Positions 9,957 through 19,404 of a stretch of 64,000 bases of DNA are shown in pieces. The notes beneath the pieces are model-generated. The model did not search any database and was not told the DNA's origin. It saw only the letters and a list, made by a program, of their open reading frames with translations. The first letter of the stretch is position 1. Every line of letters begins with the position of its first letter. Origin of the DNA: Bdellovibrionota bacterium (GTDB taxonomy: Bacteria > Bdellovibrionota > UBA2428); NCBI GenBank assembly GCA_041750195.1, contig JBGSZX010000030.1, positions 15,772-79,771 of the forward strand, read 5' to 3'. The translations under genes were made by a program, and so were the position numbers.

Positions 9957-10964
9957 CTAGCCTTCAACAGAATAAACAGTAATTTTTTCGTCTTTTCCTC
10001 GTAGGGTCTCATCACCAATCAGCTTTAGCTTGAATCGAGACGGGGTCTTGCCATTGTACAGACTCAAGAAACTATCGCTGACAACTAGTGGAACAGCATG
10101 CTCCCTAGCAGTTTCCATCAAACGAGCCGTTGTGTTCACAACATCTCCCAAATAAGCAATCTCTTTTCGTAAAACGCCCAGCTCGCCAGCCACCACCCAC
10201 CCACGATGAATGGCGCCTCGGAATGTTGGGACCAACCCAAAAGTATCTTTGAAGACTTGATCATCAAGCTTTAAATATCTTTGAAATTTAAAAAAACAAT
10301 CAAGAGCATTATCTCGAGTTGCCGCATCTCCTGCTCTCCAGGTGATAATCGCTTCATCACCCACATATTTATAAATTTCTGCATCTGTCTCTGAGGCAGC
10401 CAATGAAAGCGCCGAAAAAAACAGATTAAGGAGATCCAAAAATTTTCGATTCCCTATTTCTTCAGCAATCGTGGTTGAGCCTGCGAGATCAACAAACAAG
10501 AAAACACGATCTTCTTCGATCGGCCTATGATAAATGCCTCTCACAAAATTCCAAACCGCTTTGGACCCTACGAGCTGACTCATTTCTAAAATAAAATTTA
10601 CAAGCAGCGCCAAAACAACTGAGAATACCAAGGAAGCAATGAACTGCTTATCCCAGATCAGTTGATAACTTCTACCAAGTATGGAATGGCCTATTTGCCT
10701 CCCCACAAAAAAGATCACGACATAGACAAAAGAATTAAGAAATACTTTGAACAAAAATCCATGCTTTCTCATCCCCCTTCCCCAGTCACCGCGAACCACT
10801 AAAAGTGTATAAGCAGCCATTGCGGCGCCAATCCAAGCTCCATCACTAGCTCCAAATAAAAAGTAGTCCCAAGACTTTTCAACCGTAAGTACGGCAAACA
10901 AGCCTCCTGCCATCGCGCCCAAAAGGGCTAACAATAATATGAGTTGAATTTTATATTTCTTCAT
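9957..10964 (-). CDS. Membrane-anchored class III adenylate/guanylate cyclase
   Basis: N-terminal multi-TM region, then VFLFVDLAGSTTIAE, KYVGDEAIITW, IHRGWVVAGELG, YLGDVVNTTARL (class III cyclase catalytic motifs). Confidence 0.8.
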   Translation of the reverse strand: MKKYKIQLILLLALLGAMAGGLFAVLTVEKSWDYFLFGASDGAWIGAAMAAYTLLVVRGDWGRGMRKHGFLFKVFLNSFVYVVIFFVGRQIGHSILGRSYQLIWDKQFIASLVFSVVLALLVNFILEMSQLVGSKAVWNFVRGIYHRPIEEDRVFLFVDLAGSTTIAEEIGNRKFLDLLNLFFSALSLAASETDAEIYKYVGDEAIITWRAGDAATRDNALDCFFKFQRYLKLDDQVFKDTFGLVPTFRGAIHRGWVVAGELGVLRKEIAYLGDVVNTTARLMETAREHAVPLVVSDSFLSLYNGKTPSRFKLKLIGDETLRGKDEKITVYSVEG

Positions 10965-11436
10965 AAGATTTTCCCTGATTTAAAACTTTAAAAACTATCA
11001 ACATTAGCACGGCGAGTACCAAGTAAAAGAAGACGCTCGCAATCAAAAAAACGGGAATTACAAGAATTGAAAAATTTCCTCTGCCGCCTAAATAATCCTG
11101 TAAGGATTGAACTCCAAATAATTTTGGCAAAACAAAAGCGCAAATTGCACCAAGAGAGCTAATTCCAATGATCTCTAATCCTCCAAGCAAAAAAATGTCC
11201 TTAGCCAAACTGCTCATCTTTTGACCTGCCAGAAAACGCCATGAATCATAAAGGCGACTAAGCGGCCAAATTATCCAAAAACCTACGGCCAAAGAAAATG
11301 AGAACCACCTAGACAAAGCTTTCAGATAACTGTCCAGGCCCTCCTGATAAGACCGCAATAATGTCAAAGATAAAAACAGCACCACAACAGCTTTCATAAA
11401 AAATTTGAAGCGATGAAGTATAGTAAGCATTTCCAT
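10951..11436 (-). CDS. Integral membrane protein (about 4 TM), overlapping the cyclase gene by 14 nt
   Basis: Hydrophobic profile. The 14-nt overlap with the downstream cyclase start suggests translational coupling. Confidence 0.5.
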   Translation of the reverse strand: MEMLTILHRFKFFMKAVVVLFLSLTLLRSYQEGLDSYLKALSRWFSFSLAVGFWIIWPLSRLYDSWRFLAGQKMSSLAKDIFLLGGLEIIGISSLGAICAFVLPKLFGVQSLQDYLGGRGNFSILVIPVFLIASVFFYLVLAVLMLIVFKVLNQGKSYEEI

Positions 11437-11472
11437 TTCATTTTAAGATGATAATTCTTCAATTAATATAGA

Positions 11473-13251
11473 ATGACCAAATTTATAAAGATATTCCTAG
11501 CAGTCATCACGGTAGCTCTATTGGCTATTGCTTTCTTTGCGGCGACCCAAGGAAAAAGTCTCGCCGAAAATGCAATAAAAAAATATCTTGAATCCAACAA
11601 TATAGTCGGCGAAGCCAAAATCAATTCATGGAGCACATCAAACGCTAACCTTTCAATAAATCTCATAGCCCCCTTTGTTACAAAAATTGAAAGCCTAGAT
11701 ATTGATTGGATCGTTCACAACCTTTTCTCGACTCTCCCGACGAAAATTGATATTCACCTGAGTATTGGAGGCAAGCCAGTCAATATTAGGAATGAAGTTT
11801 ACGATTTAAACCTGAAAAATCTTAAAATTAAAGGCGAATATTCTCAGTCCAATTTTATATTTGAAAGCATTCAAGCTAATGTTGCAATAGATCGCCCGAT
11901 AAAAAGTTCAATTGAGCTTAGAACCACCAACCCATCTGCTCCCATTGATTTCAAAATTGTTTTCGATTCACAAATAATAAAGATTTTTCCTCAAGTGAAA
12001 AACTTAAAAATTGTAAAGGCCTTTTCGGGCTCTGGCACCTTACAACTATCGTCGAACTCTCAATCTATAAATTTTATATCAGACAAAATTATTTCCCTTC
12101 AAGGAATCCTAGCAAGTCAACCTATCAATATTTCATTAAATAAATTTAAAGGTAAATTTTTGTTTTCGGATGTCTTTGACTATAAGATCGACGACCTAAG
12201 CTCAAATATTCAAGGTGACTTTGCCGGCATCAATTTTAACAGCCCAGTCCACATTAAAAACCTAACGAAGAATAGCGGCGATATAGATTTTAATCTTGAG
12301 TCTATTTTAAAGGGAAAGTCCTATTCTAAACTGTTAAAACAATTTAGCCTCGACTTTGTTGAAGTTCCTAGTGGAAGCCTCAAAACACAAGGAAGAGTAA
12401 CGAGGCACAAAAAATATTGGGAAATTCTTGCTTCAAATATTATTAGAGTCGATTCGCTGAAACTTTATGCCATCCCGATTAAAAAACTAAGCATCGATTC
12501 CGAGATATTATGCCTCTTCAAAGAAATTCCAAGCTGTTCTCCTAAAAATGGCCAACATAAAGTTTCATTTTTGGAAGCAGGTGAGACTCACCCCATCAAA
12601 AATCTTTCATTTCTTGCCGACATAAAAGACAAAACGATAAACGCTACATTGAATGCTAGCTGGCTTGGTTCGCTAATTGAAAGCAAAGACTTCGCTGGAG
12701 AAATTGACTACCCAAAAATCGATATTGCCACCAAGCTTCGTGTTGAAAGTATTGAACTTCAGAAATTGAGCAAAATGATTAATATGAAAAATTTAGATGC
12801 AGAAGGAAAAATGCAGGGCCATTTGAACTTGAAATACAGTGCTGCAAAGGGCCTCGTTATTTTGCCCAGTATCTTAAGATCTCTAAAGCCCGGGGTCCTC
12901 CATTACAAGGATCCCTCTGTCATGAATTTACCAAACAAAATCGACACACTGAAACAATTCAACGCGCTCCTTGCACAAGGACAACAGGCGCTCGTCTATA
13001 AGGCCTTGGATAACTTTCACTATAAGGAAATGGAAATTGAAGCTAAGAGGCCAGAACCGGGTAAACTATCGCTAAAACTTCACTTAGATGGATCCAATCC
13101 AGACCTAGCGAATGGTCAAATTTTTGACATTACAATTCCTGTGGAGGGGAGCCTTGAAAGTCTTCTTGCAGAAAGTTCTTTCGAAAAACTTGCAGAAAGT
13201 AAAACTTCGGAAGAGTATATTCGAAGGCTAAGGAAAGCCATCGCGAAATGA
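11473..13251 (+). CDS. ydbH: YdbH-family (AsmA-like) intermembrane lipid-transport protein
   Basis: N-terminal TM anchor and a long beta-rich body. C-terminal YdbH-type region (LHYKDP...ALDNFHYKEMEIEA...LKLHLDGSNPDL...PVEGSL). It sits immediately upstream of ynbE-like and ydbL-like genes, as in E. coli. Confidence 0.7.
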   Translation: MTKFIKIFLAVITVALLAIAFFAATQGKSLAENAIKKYLESNNIVGEAKINSWSTSNANLSINLIAPFVTKIESLDIDWIVHNLFSTLPTKIDIHLSIGGKPVNIRNEVYDLNLKNLKIKGEYSQSNFIFESIQANVAIDRPIKSSIELRTTNPSAPIDFKIVFDSQIIKIFPQVKNLKIVKAFSGSGTLQLSSNSQSINFISDKIISLQGILASQPINISLNKFKGKFLFSDVFDYKIDDLSSNIQGDFAGINFNSPVHIKNLTKNSGDIDFNLESILKGKSYSKLLKQFSLDFVEVPSGSLKTQGRVTRHKKYWEILASNIIRVDSLKLYAIPIKKLSIDSEILCLFKEIPSCSPKNGQHKVSFLEAGETHPIKNLSFLADIKDKTINATLNASWLGSLIESKDFAGEIDYPKIDIATKLRVESIELQKLSKMINMKNLDAEGKMQGHLNLKYSAAKGLVILPSILRSLKPGVLHYKDPSVMNLPNKIDTLKQFNALLAQGQQALVYKALDNFHYKEMEIEAKRPEPGKLSLKLHLDGSNPDLANGQIFDITIPVEGSLESLLAESSFEKLAESKTSEEYIRRLRKAIAK

Positions 13252-13258
13252 GGACTCC

Positions 13259-13504
13259 ATGAAACCTAATTATATAAATCATAAATATTTGGATTTTAAA
13301 ATTTTCAAAATTATCGGAGTTTTGTTTGTAGCTGCAGGCGGACTCAGCTTTTGTACTCACCACGTTATGATTGAACCGTCGGACAAGCCTTTCGTGGTAA
13401 ATCTAAATGTTAAAATTGATCACGAGGTTAGACTTCAAATTAAAGAGCAAAATGAAGACTTGTTAAATCTCGAAGAAGAAGTTTTAGAAGATTCAAAATC
13501 GTAA
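13259..13504 (+). CDS. ynbE: YnbE-family small lipoprotein
   Basis: Cys after a hydrophobic leader, then PFVVNLNVKIDHEVRLQIKE, which matches the remembered E. coli YnbE core (EPITINMNVKIEHEI). Synteny supports the call. Confidence 0.65.
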   Translation: MKPNYINHKYLDFKIFKIIGVLFVAAGGLSFCTHHVMIEPSDKPFVVNLNVKIDHEVRLQIKEQNEDLLNLEEEVLEDSKS

Positions 13505-13516
13505 AGGATCCCAATT

Positions 13517-13885
13517 ATGAAAAAAATTATCTATACACTAAACTTAGCCTTTTTTTTACAGATTCTAAGCGTTCCCGTGGCTCACGCTGATTTAGACAGC
13601 ATGAAGGCTCGCCTTCCCGAACTCGTCAAAGCAAAAGAAGATGGAATTGTTGGAGAACAGCCGGATGGGTTAGTGGGCATTGTAGACCCAGCAAAGGCTT
13701 CGGCGGAGATTAAGGCCATTGTTAAAGCTGAAAACAATGATCGACTAGATATTTACAAAAAACGAGCAGAGAAATCTGGACAAGATTATGCCGTTTTCAT
13801 TAAAGTCATCGGCGAAGCTCGAATTGAGAAAGAAAAGTCAGGAAGATATTTTAAGAAGATGGACGGAAGCTGGGATAAAAAATAA
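13517..13885 (+). CDS. ydbL: YdbL (DUF1318) periplasmic protein
   Basis: Signal peptide. GIVGEQPDGLVG and NNDRLDIYKKRAEK motifs typical of DUF1318. Third gene of the ydbH-ynbE-ydbL arrangement. Confidence 0.7.
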   Translation: MKKIIYTLNLAFFLQILSVPVAHADLDSMKARLPELVKAKEDGIVGEQPDGLVGIVDPAKASAEIKAIVKAENNDRLDIYKKRAEKSGQDYAVFIKVIGEARIEKEKSGRYFKKMDGSWDKK

Positions 13886-13899
13886 TCTCCCGCTCCCGT

Positions 13900-14712
13900 T
13901 TATGTTACAGTGATACCCGCATCTAAGAGCTCTTGCTTTTTCTCTCGATAGGTTAATCCATATTCGTACCAAGGAATCGAAGGCCACAAATGATGTATCA
14001 AATGATAGTTGTGCCCTTGCATCGCAAAACTGAGTAAGGGCGAAACTTCCATAATTCTAGCCAATCGGTACCTTTCAGTTTCCTTGTGTGGAACGTGCGG
14101 CAAGTGATCAAAAATATAAACAACAATTGTCGTACCAAATAGCACTGGGAAAGACCAGGCCATAAACAACTCCCATGCAAAGCCGAATCTCCACGCCAGC
14201 AAGTAAATTGCGACTATTACAATGTATGTCATCATCGCACCAAGGCCCGTTATGAACCTCTTTCTTTTATGGAGGTACCCAATGTATTGCACCAAACTAA
14301 AGGCCCACCAAATCAAGACAAATATGCCGCTAGGACTACGACTAGCGTGATAGTCTGGATCATCGCCGGGCACATTGGCATTGGCATGGTGAGCTAGATG
14401 TGCATCTCTAAAATGTTGAAAACCTCCATGCATCCAAAATATAGAAATTCTGCCTGCCCAATCATTCCAAAATTTCGACCGGCAAACATTTCGATGGGAT
14501 GCTTCGTGAGAGACCGTAAAAGTCATAATGGTAAGCATCATGCCCCAAATAACAAACAGCGCAATGTATAGAGGATTGCGAGATAGATGAGGGAAGGAAA
14601 TAGAAAGCGTGATCGCAGATAAAAAGCCAAGCTGAACAAAGATAAATTCAAAAACTGTTGGCCAGGTTACAGATCTTCGCTGGATTGTTGGGGGTTTTAC
14701 TAAAACCGACAT
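13900..14712 (-). CDS. Membrane fatty-acid desaturase family protein
   Basis: Three histidine boxes (HEASH, HLAHH, HLIHH) embedded in TM segments. Confidence 0.75.
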   Translation of the reverse strand: MSVLVKPPTIQRRSVTWPTVFEFIFVQLGFLSAITLSISFPHLSRNPLYIALFVIWGMMLTIMTFTVSHEASHRNVCRSKFWNDWAGRISIFWMHGGFQHFRDAHLAHHANANVPGDDPDYHASRSPSGIFVLIWWAFSLVQYIGYLHKRKRFITGLGAMMTYIVIVAIYLLAWRFGFAWELFMAWSFPVLFGTTIVVYIFDHLPHVPHKETERYRLARIMEVSPLLSFAMQGHNYHLIHHLWPSIPWYEYGLTYREKKQELLDAGITVT

Positions 14713-14790
14713 GTGTCTATTTTATCATACCTTATATGTATTGCCGAGCTCGGCAACTTGCCAGTTTTCATGCTATATATCAGCTTAAAG

Positions 14791-15519
14791 ATGTCGAGCC
14801 TCATTCTTCTCGTTTTAGCGGCCGTTGGAACCTCGATCATTTCTGCTGTCCTTGGAATGGCAGGTGGCGTTGTCCTTCTCTCCCTTATGACCCTGTTTCT
14901 TCCCATTCACACTCTTGTTCCCATTCATGGAGTTGTCCAGCTGGTTAGCAACTCCAGCCGCTCTTTTAGCTTACGTCGTCATATTGATGTAAAAATTTTG
15001 GCGCCATTTTTATTAGGTCTTCCATTCGGAGTCTTCGCGTCCTACGCGTTATTAAAAACAGCACCCGATCCTCGAATATTTTTGGTAGCAATATCTTTGG
15101 CTATTATTTTTGCAGTCTTCAGGGGGAAAAGCCGACCCATCATGATTCCCCATAAGGCCTTCATCTTGGTTGGGGTTGTTAGCGGATTCCTTTCACTTTT
15201 AATTGGAGCAACCGGGCCCTTTCTAGCCATGTTTTTTCTTAGAAGCGACCTTAGCAAAGAACAAATAATCGCGACCAAAGCGAGCACGCAGCTGTTTACC
15301 CACCTTCTCAAAATTCCTGCTTTTTTTGCGCTAGCCTTCGATTATGGTGCCTGGAGCAAAGAAATTATCTTAATGTCCCTGGGAGTCATCCTGGGAACTC
15401 AGATTGGCGTCGCCTCCCTCAAAAGGATCAATACAACTTGGTTTTGGTACTTGTTTCGAACTGCCTTAATTTTTGCTGCTGCCCGACTCCTATTCAAGGC
15501 CTGGTCATTGAGCCAGTGA
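14791..15519 (+). CDS. TauE/SafE-family anion (sulfite) exporter
   Basis: Multi-TM protein with AAVGTSIISAVLGMAGGVVL and a repeated GATGPFL-type half, typical of TauE/SafE. I prefer the ATG at 14791 (MSSLILL...) over the track start at 14713. Confidence 0.7.
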   Translation: MSSLILLVLAAVGTSIISAVLGMAGGVVLLSLMTLFLPIHTLVPIHGVVQLVSNSSRSFSLRRHIDVKILAPFLLGLPFGVFASYALLKTAPDPRIFLVAISLAIIFAVFRGKSRPIMIPHKAFILVGVVSGFLSLLIGATGPFLAMFFLRSDLSKEQIIATKASTQLFTHLLKIPAFFALAFDYGAWSKEIILMSLGVILGTQIGVASLKRINTTWFWYLFRTALIFAAARLLFKAWSLSQ

Positions 15520-15538
15520 ATCGATATACTTCTACCTA

Positions 15539-16567
15539 ATGTCCATCATGCAATTAAGTCGAATGTTTATAGGTAGAAAGTTTAGATTATCATTTTTAGG
15601 AATCTGCTTATTAGTCTCCCAAACTTTAGATGCCTCTAGCTTCAATTCATACTTTGAAATTATTACTCCTCCCACCCTCTCAAGTTCGGGACAAAGTAAA
15701 ATAATCATTCCTTCTTTCTTAGATGATGTGAAATTACTAACGAAACAACACCCAGAGAAAATCAGCTATACCGTGTTTGGTAAAGTCTCCAACTATGAAC
15801 TTCTTAGATTAGACATTCGCAGCGCCACCTTGTTAGATGCACCAACAGTGTTGATCACAGGCGGTATTCATGGGAACGAAACTCTTGGCGCTCTTGCCTC
15901 CTTTGAATTCGTAAAGAAGTTTCTACAAGACTCAAGCCTTAACGAAAATTTCAATCTCATTGTTATTCCTGCTACAAATCCACGTGCGCTATCAATCGGC
16001 CAAAGACGATATTTAGACGACAAGACTCAAGATCTAAATCGACACTTTGTTCCCTCAATTTCGGCATCAACTTCAGAAATTTTATTTGATCGTGCTATGC
16101 CTGAGGCCAAATTGATTGCCGCAAGTCTTGAGCCTGATAGCCAAAAAATAGCGATGCTCCTAGACCTCCATGGTGGTCCGACCCGCCAACATTTTTTTAG
16201 CATTCGAGCCAACGAAGACAATGGCCTAGCTGCTTCAGCTATTTCCAGCTCAATACCTGCAAAAAAAATTCTGAGCAGCAATGACAATTCATATCCTGGA
16301 CGGACTGGAATTCCAAGCGATCCAGATCGATATGTAATGCCTGCGGAAGGTGTCGCAGAATCGAAGCTTGAAGGAACTTTTAAAGCTTATGTTTCAGCAC
16401 ATCTCGGCGCAAAATATGCGTACACTCTCGAGTATCCAATGCGAAACCCCTTAGAAGAAACACTTACTGAATACGTAAACTTGATAGAAGGTTTTTTTAG
16501 AGAATTAAAAAAGATTGAGCACAACAAAGAATCTTCGGCTGAAAATAAATCTTCGGCTAATAATTAG
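15539..16567 (+). CDS. Secreted M14-type zinc carboxypeptidase / succinylglutamate-desuccinylase-like protein
   Basis: Signal peptide. TGGIHGNE zinc-binding motif (HxxE) and downstream LDLHGG. Confidence 0.6.
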   Translation: MSIMQLSRMFIGRKFRLSFLGICLLVSQTLDASSFNSYFEIITPPTLSSSGQSKIIIPSFLDDVKLLTKQHPEKISYTVFGKVSNYELLRLDIRSATLLDAPTVLITGGIHGNETLGALASFEFVKKFLQDSSLNENFNLIVIPATNPRALSIGQRRYLDDKTQDLNRHFVPSISASTSEILFDRAMPEAKLIAASLEPDSQKIAMLLDLHGGPTRQHFFSIRANEDNGLAASAISSSIPAKKILSSNDNSYPGRTGIPSDPDRYVMPAEGVAESKLEGTFKAYVSAHLGAKYAYTLEYPMRNPLEETLTEYVNLIEGFFRELKKIEHNKESSAENKSSANN

Positions 16568-18081
16568 TCCCAAAATTCATCACGCATAATGATAGGGCGA
16601 ACTTTTTCAGTTCCGTGAGTATTTATTTCAAAACCAGTTCGATCTACTCCAGGTTTTCTAATCGCTTTTTCATCCAAAAATTCTTCGGGAGCCTCTCCAC
16701 CACCAGCCGGGGTTCGGATATCTCCCATACCTGGCTTCGCAAAGGTGATTTCAACTCTCATATTATCTCCCACGTCAGGAAAATGTTTTGAAGTACACCT
16801 TAAAAAATTATTGTCTATATCGTACGACAAAGTTCCAAAGTGATTATAAGTAGACTTGAAAGGATTCACACAAGAAGCCCCACTCCACTGCTGCTGCGCT
16901 AAGTTTTGTGTGAGTTTTGAAATTCCACAAAAGCTATTAAAGGTTTGGGATTGGCCATTAACAAGTGAAGTTCTCAAATTTGAATCTTTTTGAAAATCTA
17001 TAGCCGAAATTTTGTCCCCATCGGCATAGTCATTCCAGTTGTGAACGCAATCATTTAAATTGCCACCGCGAGGTTGGTTGGGATCAAATTGGAATATGCC
17101 CTGATTATGCCCCGACTTCCAATCCGCAAGATTCATTTTTTTCCAATGAATGCTGCTTTCAGAGTAAGCCACACAGGAACTAAAAATTTTCCAAGCATTA
17201 AAATTCGCTTGCTCAGCTAGCTCCATCCCCTGATGGTTTCCGCCTTCCTTCGCTTCATTGAAAGCACGTCTAATTTTATTAAACTGAGTATTTATCCGCT
17301 TCATTTCAGAAACTGCATTAGCCTTCGTTCGCAAGGTCCAACGATTTCGAAGTGTTGGATCATCAGCAATCTTTTTTGAAAATCCCAATGAATCAAATGT
17401 GAAGTTTTCACAAAAAGGCTTTTCAGCTAAATTAAAATCTTTTTTAATCGCCTTTTGACTAGATTCAATTAAATCTACAGAATTCAAGGCGATGGGGCCA
17501 CGACTAAATGAAAGCAATCTAGCTATAGAAGAATCGATTCCCTTAAACTTTGACTTGGGTGAGCCCGAGAAAACATAAGATGCAATTCTGTCGGATTCGC
17601 TCTCTGTAAAATCTCCGAATTTTCCACTAGATTTAAACTGTCCTGCAATTGGAAGCTTAACTTCATCTTTTTTAGTTTGCACTTCCGAATCAGCCTCATC
17701 TTCAGCCTCATCTACTGCTGGTTCTTCCTTAAAGTTTCCATATTTATCAGAAACTTCATCTCCATGTTCACTATCAGGCTCTTGCCGAGGCGGAAGTAAA
17801 TTTCCATCTGCATCCGCAGAAACATCCCAAAGGACAGGCATATCTGGAAGATTGTCTTCGACAGTCTTCTCTTCAATTTCGGCATCATGAGCTCGTACGA
17901 CATTATCTAACGAAGACTCGATATCCGGAGATGACACAGCCACCTTTTGAACTTTTTTCTTAATGGGTCTCGCTTCGGTTACCGACTCATCATCTTTAAA
18001 TCCGAGCCAACGAGTTAACGGGCACGCTGAAAGCGTGAGCTGCATAAAAACCAATAGCAATAAAAGTCTAGATGACCCCAT
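16564..18081 (-). CDS. Lipoprotein with an acidic linker and a possible lysozyme/SLT-like C-terminal region
   Basis: MGSSRLLLLLVFMQLTLSAC lipobox when started at 18081. D/E-rich segment at aa ~95-145. Ordered ES ... GIFQF ... YNHFG motifs resemble lytic transglycosylase motifs I-III. This is weak, motif-only evidence. Confidence 0.5.
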   Translation of the reverse strand: MGSSRLLLLLVFMQLTLSACPLTRWLGFKDDESVTEARPIKKKVQKVAVSSPDIESSLDNVVRAHDAEIEEKTVEDNLPDMPVLWDVSADADGNLLPPRQEPDSEHGDEVSDKYGNFKEEPAVDEAEDEADSEVQTKKDEVKLPIAGQFKSSGKFGDFTESESDRIASYVFSGSPKSKFKGIDSSIARLLSFSRGPIALNSVDLIESSQKAIKKDFNLAEKPFCENFTFDSLGFSKKIADDPTLRNRWTLRTKANAVSEMKRINTQFNKIRRAFNEAKEGGNHQGMELAEQANFNAWKIFSSCVAYSESSIHWKKMNLADWKSGHNQGIFQFDPNQPRGGNLNDCVHNWNDYADGDKISAIDFQKDSNLRTSLVNGQSQTFNSFCGISKLTQNLAQQQWSGASCVNPFKSTYNHFGTLSYDIDNNFLRCTSKHFPDVGDNMRVEITFAKPGMGDIRTPAGGGEAPEEFLDEKAIRKPGVDRTGFEINTHGTEKVRPIIMRDEFWD

Positions 18082-18174
18082 TTTCCCCAATTCCCCTAAC
18101 AATATCTTAACGCAATGCGTTAAGATTGTATATAGATATTTTTTATGCTGTATAAGTTATTGTTTTTATTGGAC

Positions 18175-19104
18175 TTAGTTTGGAAGCAAAAAATCCAATA
18201 TCGATGTTTTTTTAGAAAGCCTCTTCCACCAGGGCTTTTTCTCTTCATCTCTTGAATAATACAAAAGAGCTTTTTCTTGATTCTTTTCAAGCAAATAGGT
18301 GCTCGATAAAATGAGCTTATCCACCAAGCCCAAATCTAGGTCTTGCGAGGTGCTTGCAAGCCAAGCCTCCCCTGTTGCCACCTTGTCTAGGTCAACATTG
18401 GGCCTGTAACTCTTTAAAGCGTGCTTAAATTGATCGTGAATCAGCTTTAATTGTCCTTCGTACTGTTGAATCTCTTCGGGAGTGGCGTCGTCAGTTAATG
18501 TGACAGTCCTCTTATAATTGCCTGCGGTAAATGTTCTAGGTTTGATTTTTTTGTCTTCCAGAAATTCTCGAATATTTGGAACAAAACTTACCACCCCAAT
18601 ACTGCCGACCATTGCAAAGGGTGCCGCTAAAATTTTATGTGCAGGAATACTCATAAGGTATCCTCCGCTAGCCGCGACGGTATCAATGCATACAGTAGTT
18701 TTAAATTGATTTTCCAATGCTCTCAGACGAAGCAATTCAGCATATAAAAAGCCATACTCGGAAACACCCCCGCCAGGAGACTCAACCTTTACTACAACTT
18801 CTTCAAATTTTTCTGCATTTAAAACAACTTCATCAACAAGATTAGAAAAATCAATCCGCCCCGTTGCCTTGATGTCACCCTTGAATTCCAAAACAGCAAT
18901 TTTAGAAATAATATCTTTTTTATTTAAAACCGCTCCATGAGGTTCCCTAAATTTGATCTTAATTTTATCATGATAAATTCGAACACCAGAAGGATCTTTT
19001 TTACAGTTCCTAAAATGACTCTTCTTTTTTCTTTTTTTAATCACAACTACAATCAAAAAAACTGCAGCAAGAATACCTAAGACGACAATTAAACTATTTT
19101 CCAT
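18175..19104 (-). CDS. sohB: S49-family peptidase (SohB/SppA-like)
   Basis: N-terminal TM helix. VVVKVESPGGGV and DTVAASGGYLM (S49 catalytic serine context). Confidence 0.75.
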   Translation of the reverse strand: MENSLIVVLGILAAVFLIVVVIKKRKKKSHFRNCKKDPSGVRIYHDKIKIKFREPHGAVLNKKDIISKIAVLEFKGDIKATGRIDFSNLVDEVVLNAEKFEEVVVKVESPGGGVSEYGFLYAELLRLRALENQFKTTVCIDTVAASGGYLMSIPAHKILAAPFAMVGSIGVVSFVPNIREFLEDKKIKPRTFTAGNYKRTVTLTDDATPEEIQQYEGQLKLIHDQFKHALKSYRPNVDLDKVATGEAWLASTSQDLDLGLVDKLILSSTYLLEKNQEKALLYYSRDEEKKPWWKRLSKKTSILDFLLPN

Positions 19105-19105
19105 A

Positions 19106-19390
19106 TTACTTTACAAGTTCACTTGGAGATCGCAGGCTTAAAGCAATCGCGTGAATTTTTCTCTCTTTCACAATTGAATCAATATTTTCATAAATCAGCC
19201 TATGTCTTTCAACTCTATTTAATCCATCAAAAGCGGCGCTCACAATTTCAAGCTTAATATGGGTCCCGCCAGCCTTAGCTGCATCATTATGCCCGGCATG
19301 CTGATAACTTTGATCTTCAAATTGAAAAGACTGAAGGGGCATGAGCTCCTTCAGTCTCTGAAAAATCATACTTTCAAGCGATTCATTCAT
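19106..19390 (-). CDS. BolA-family protein
   Basis: 94 aa. FEDQSYQHAGH ... FDGLNRVERHRLIY pattern of BolA. Confidence 0.8.
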   Translation of the reverse strand: MNESLESMIFQRLKELMPLQSFQFEDQSYQHAGHNDAAKAGGTHIKLEIVSAAFDGLNRVERHRLIYENIDSIVKERKIHAIALSLRSPSELVK

Positions 19391-19404
19391 GCATCAAAGT
19401 TCTA

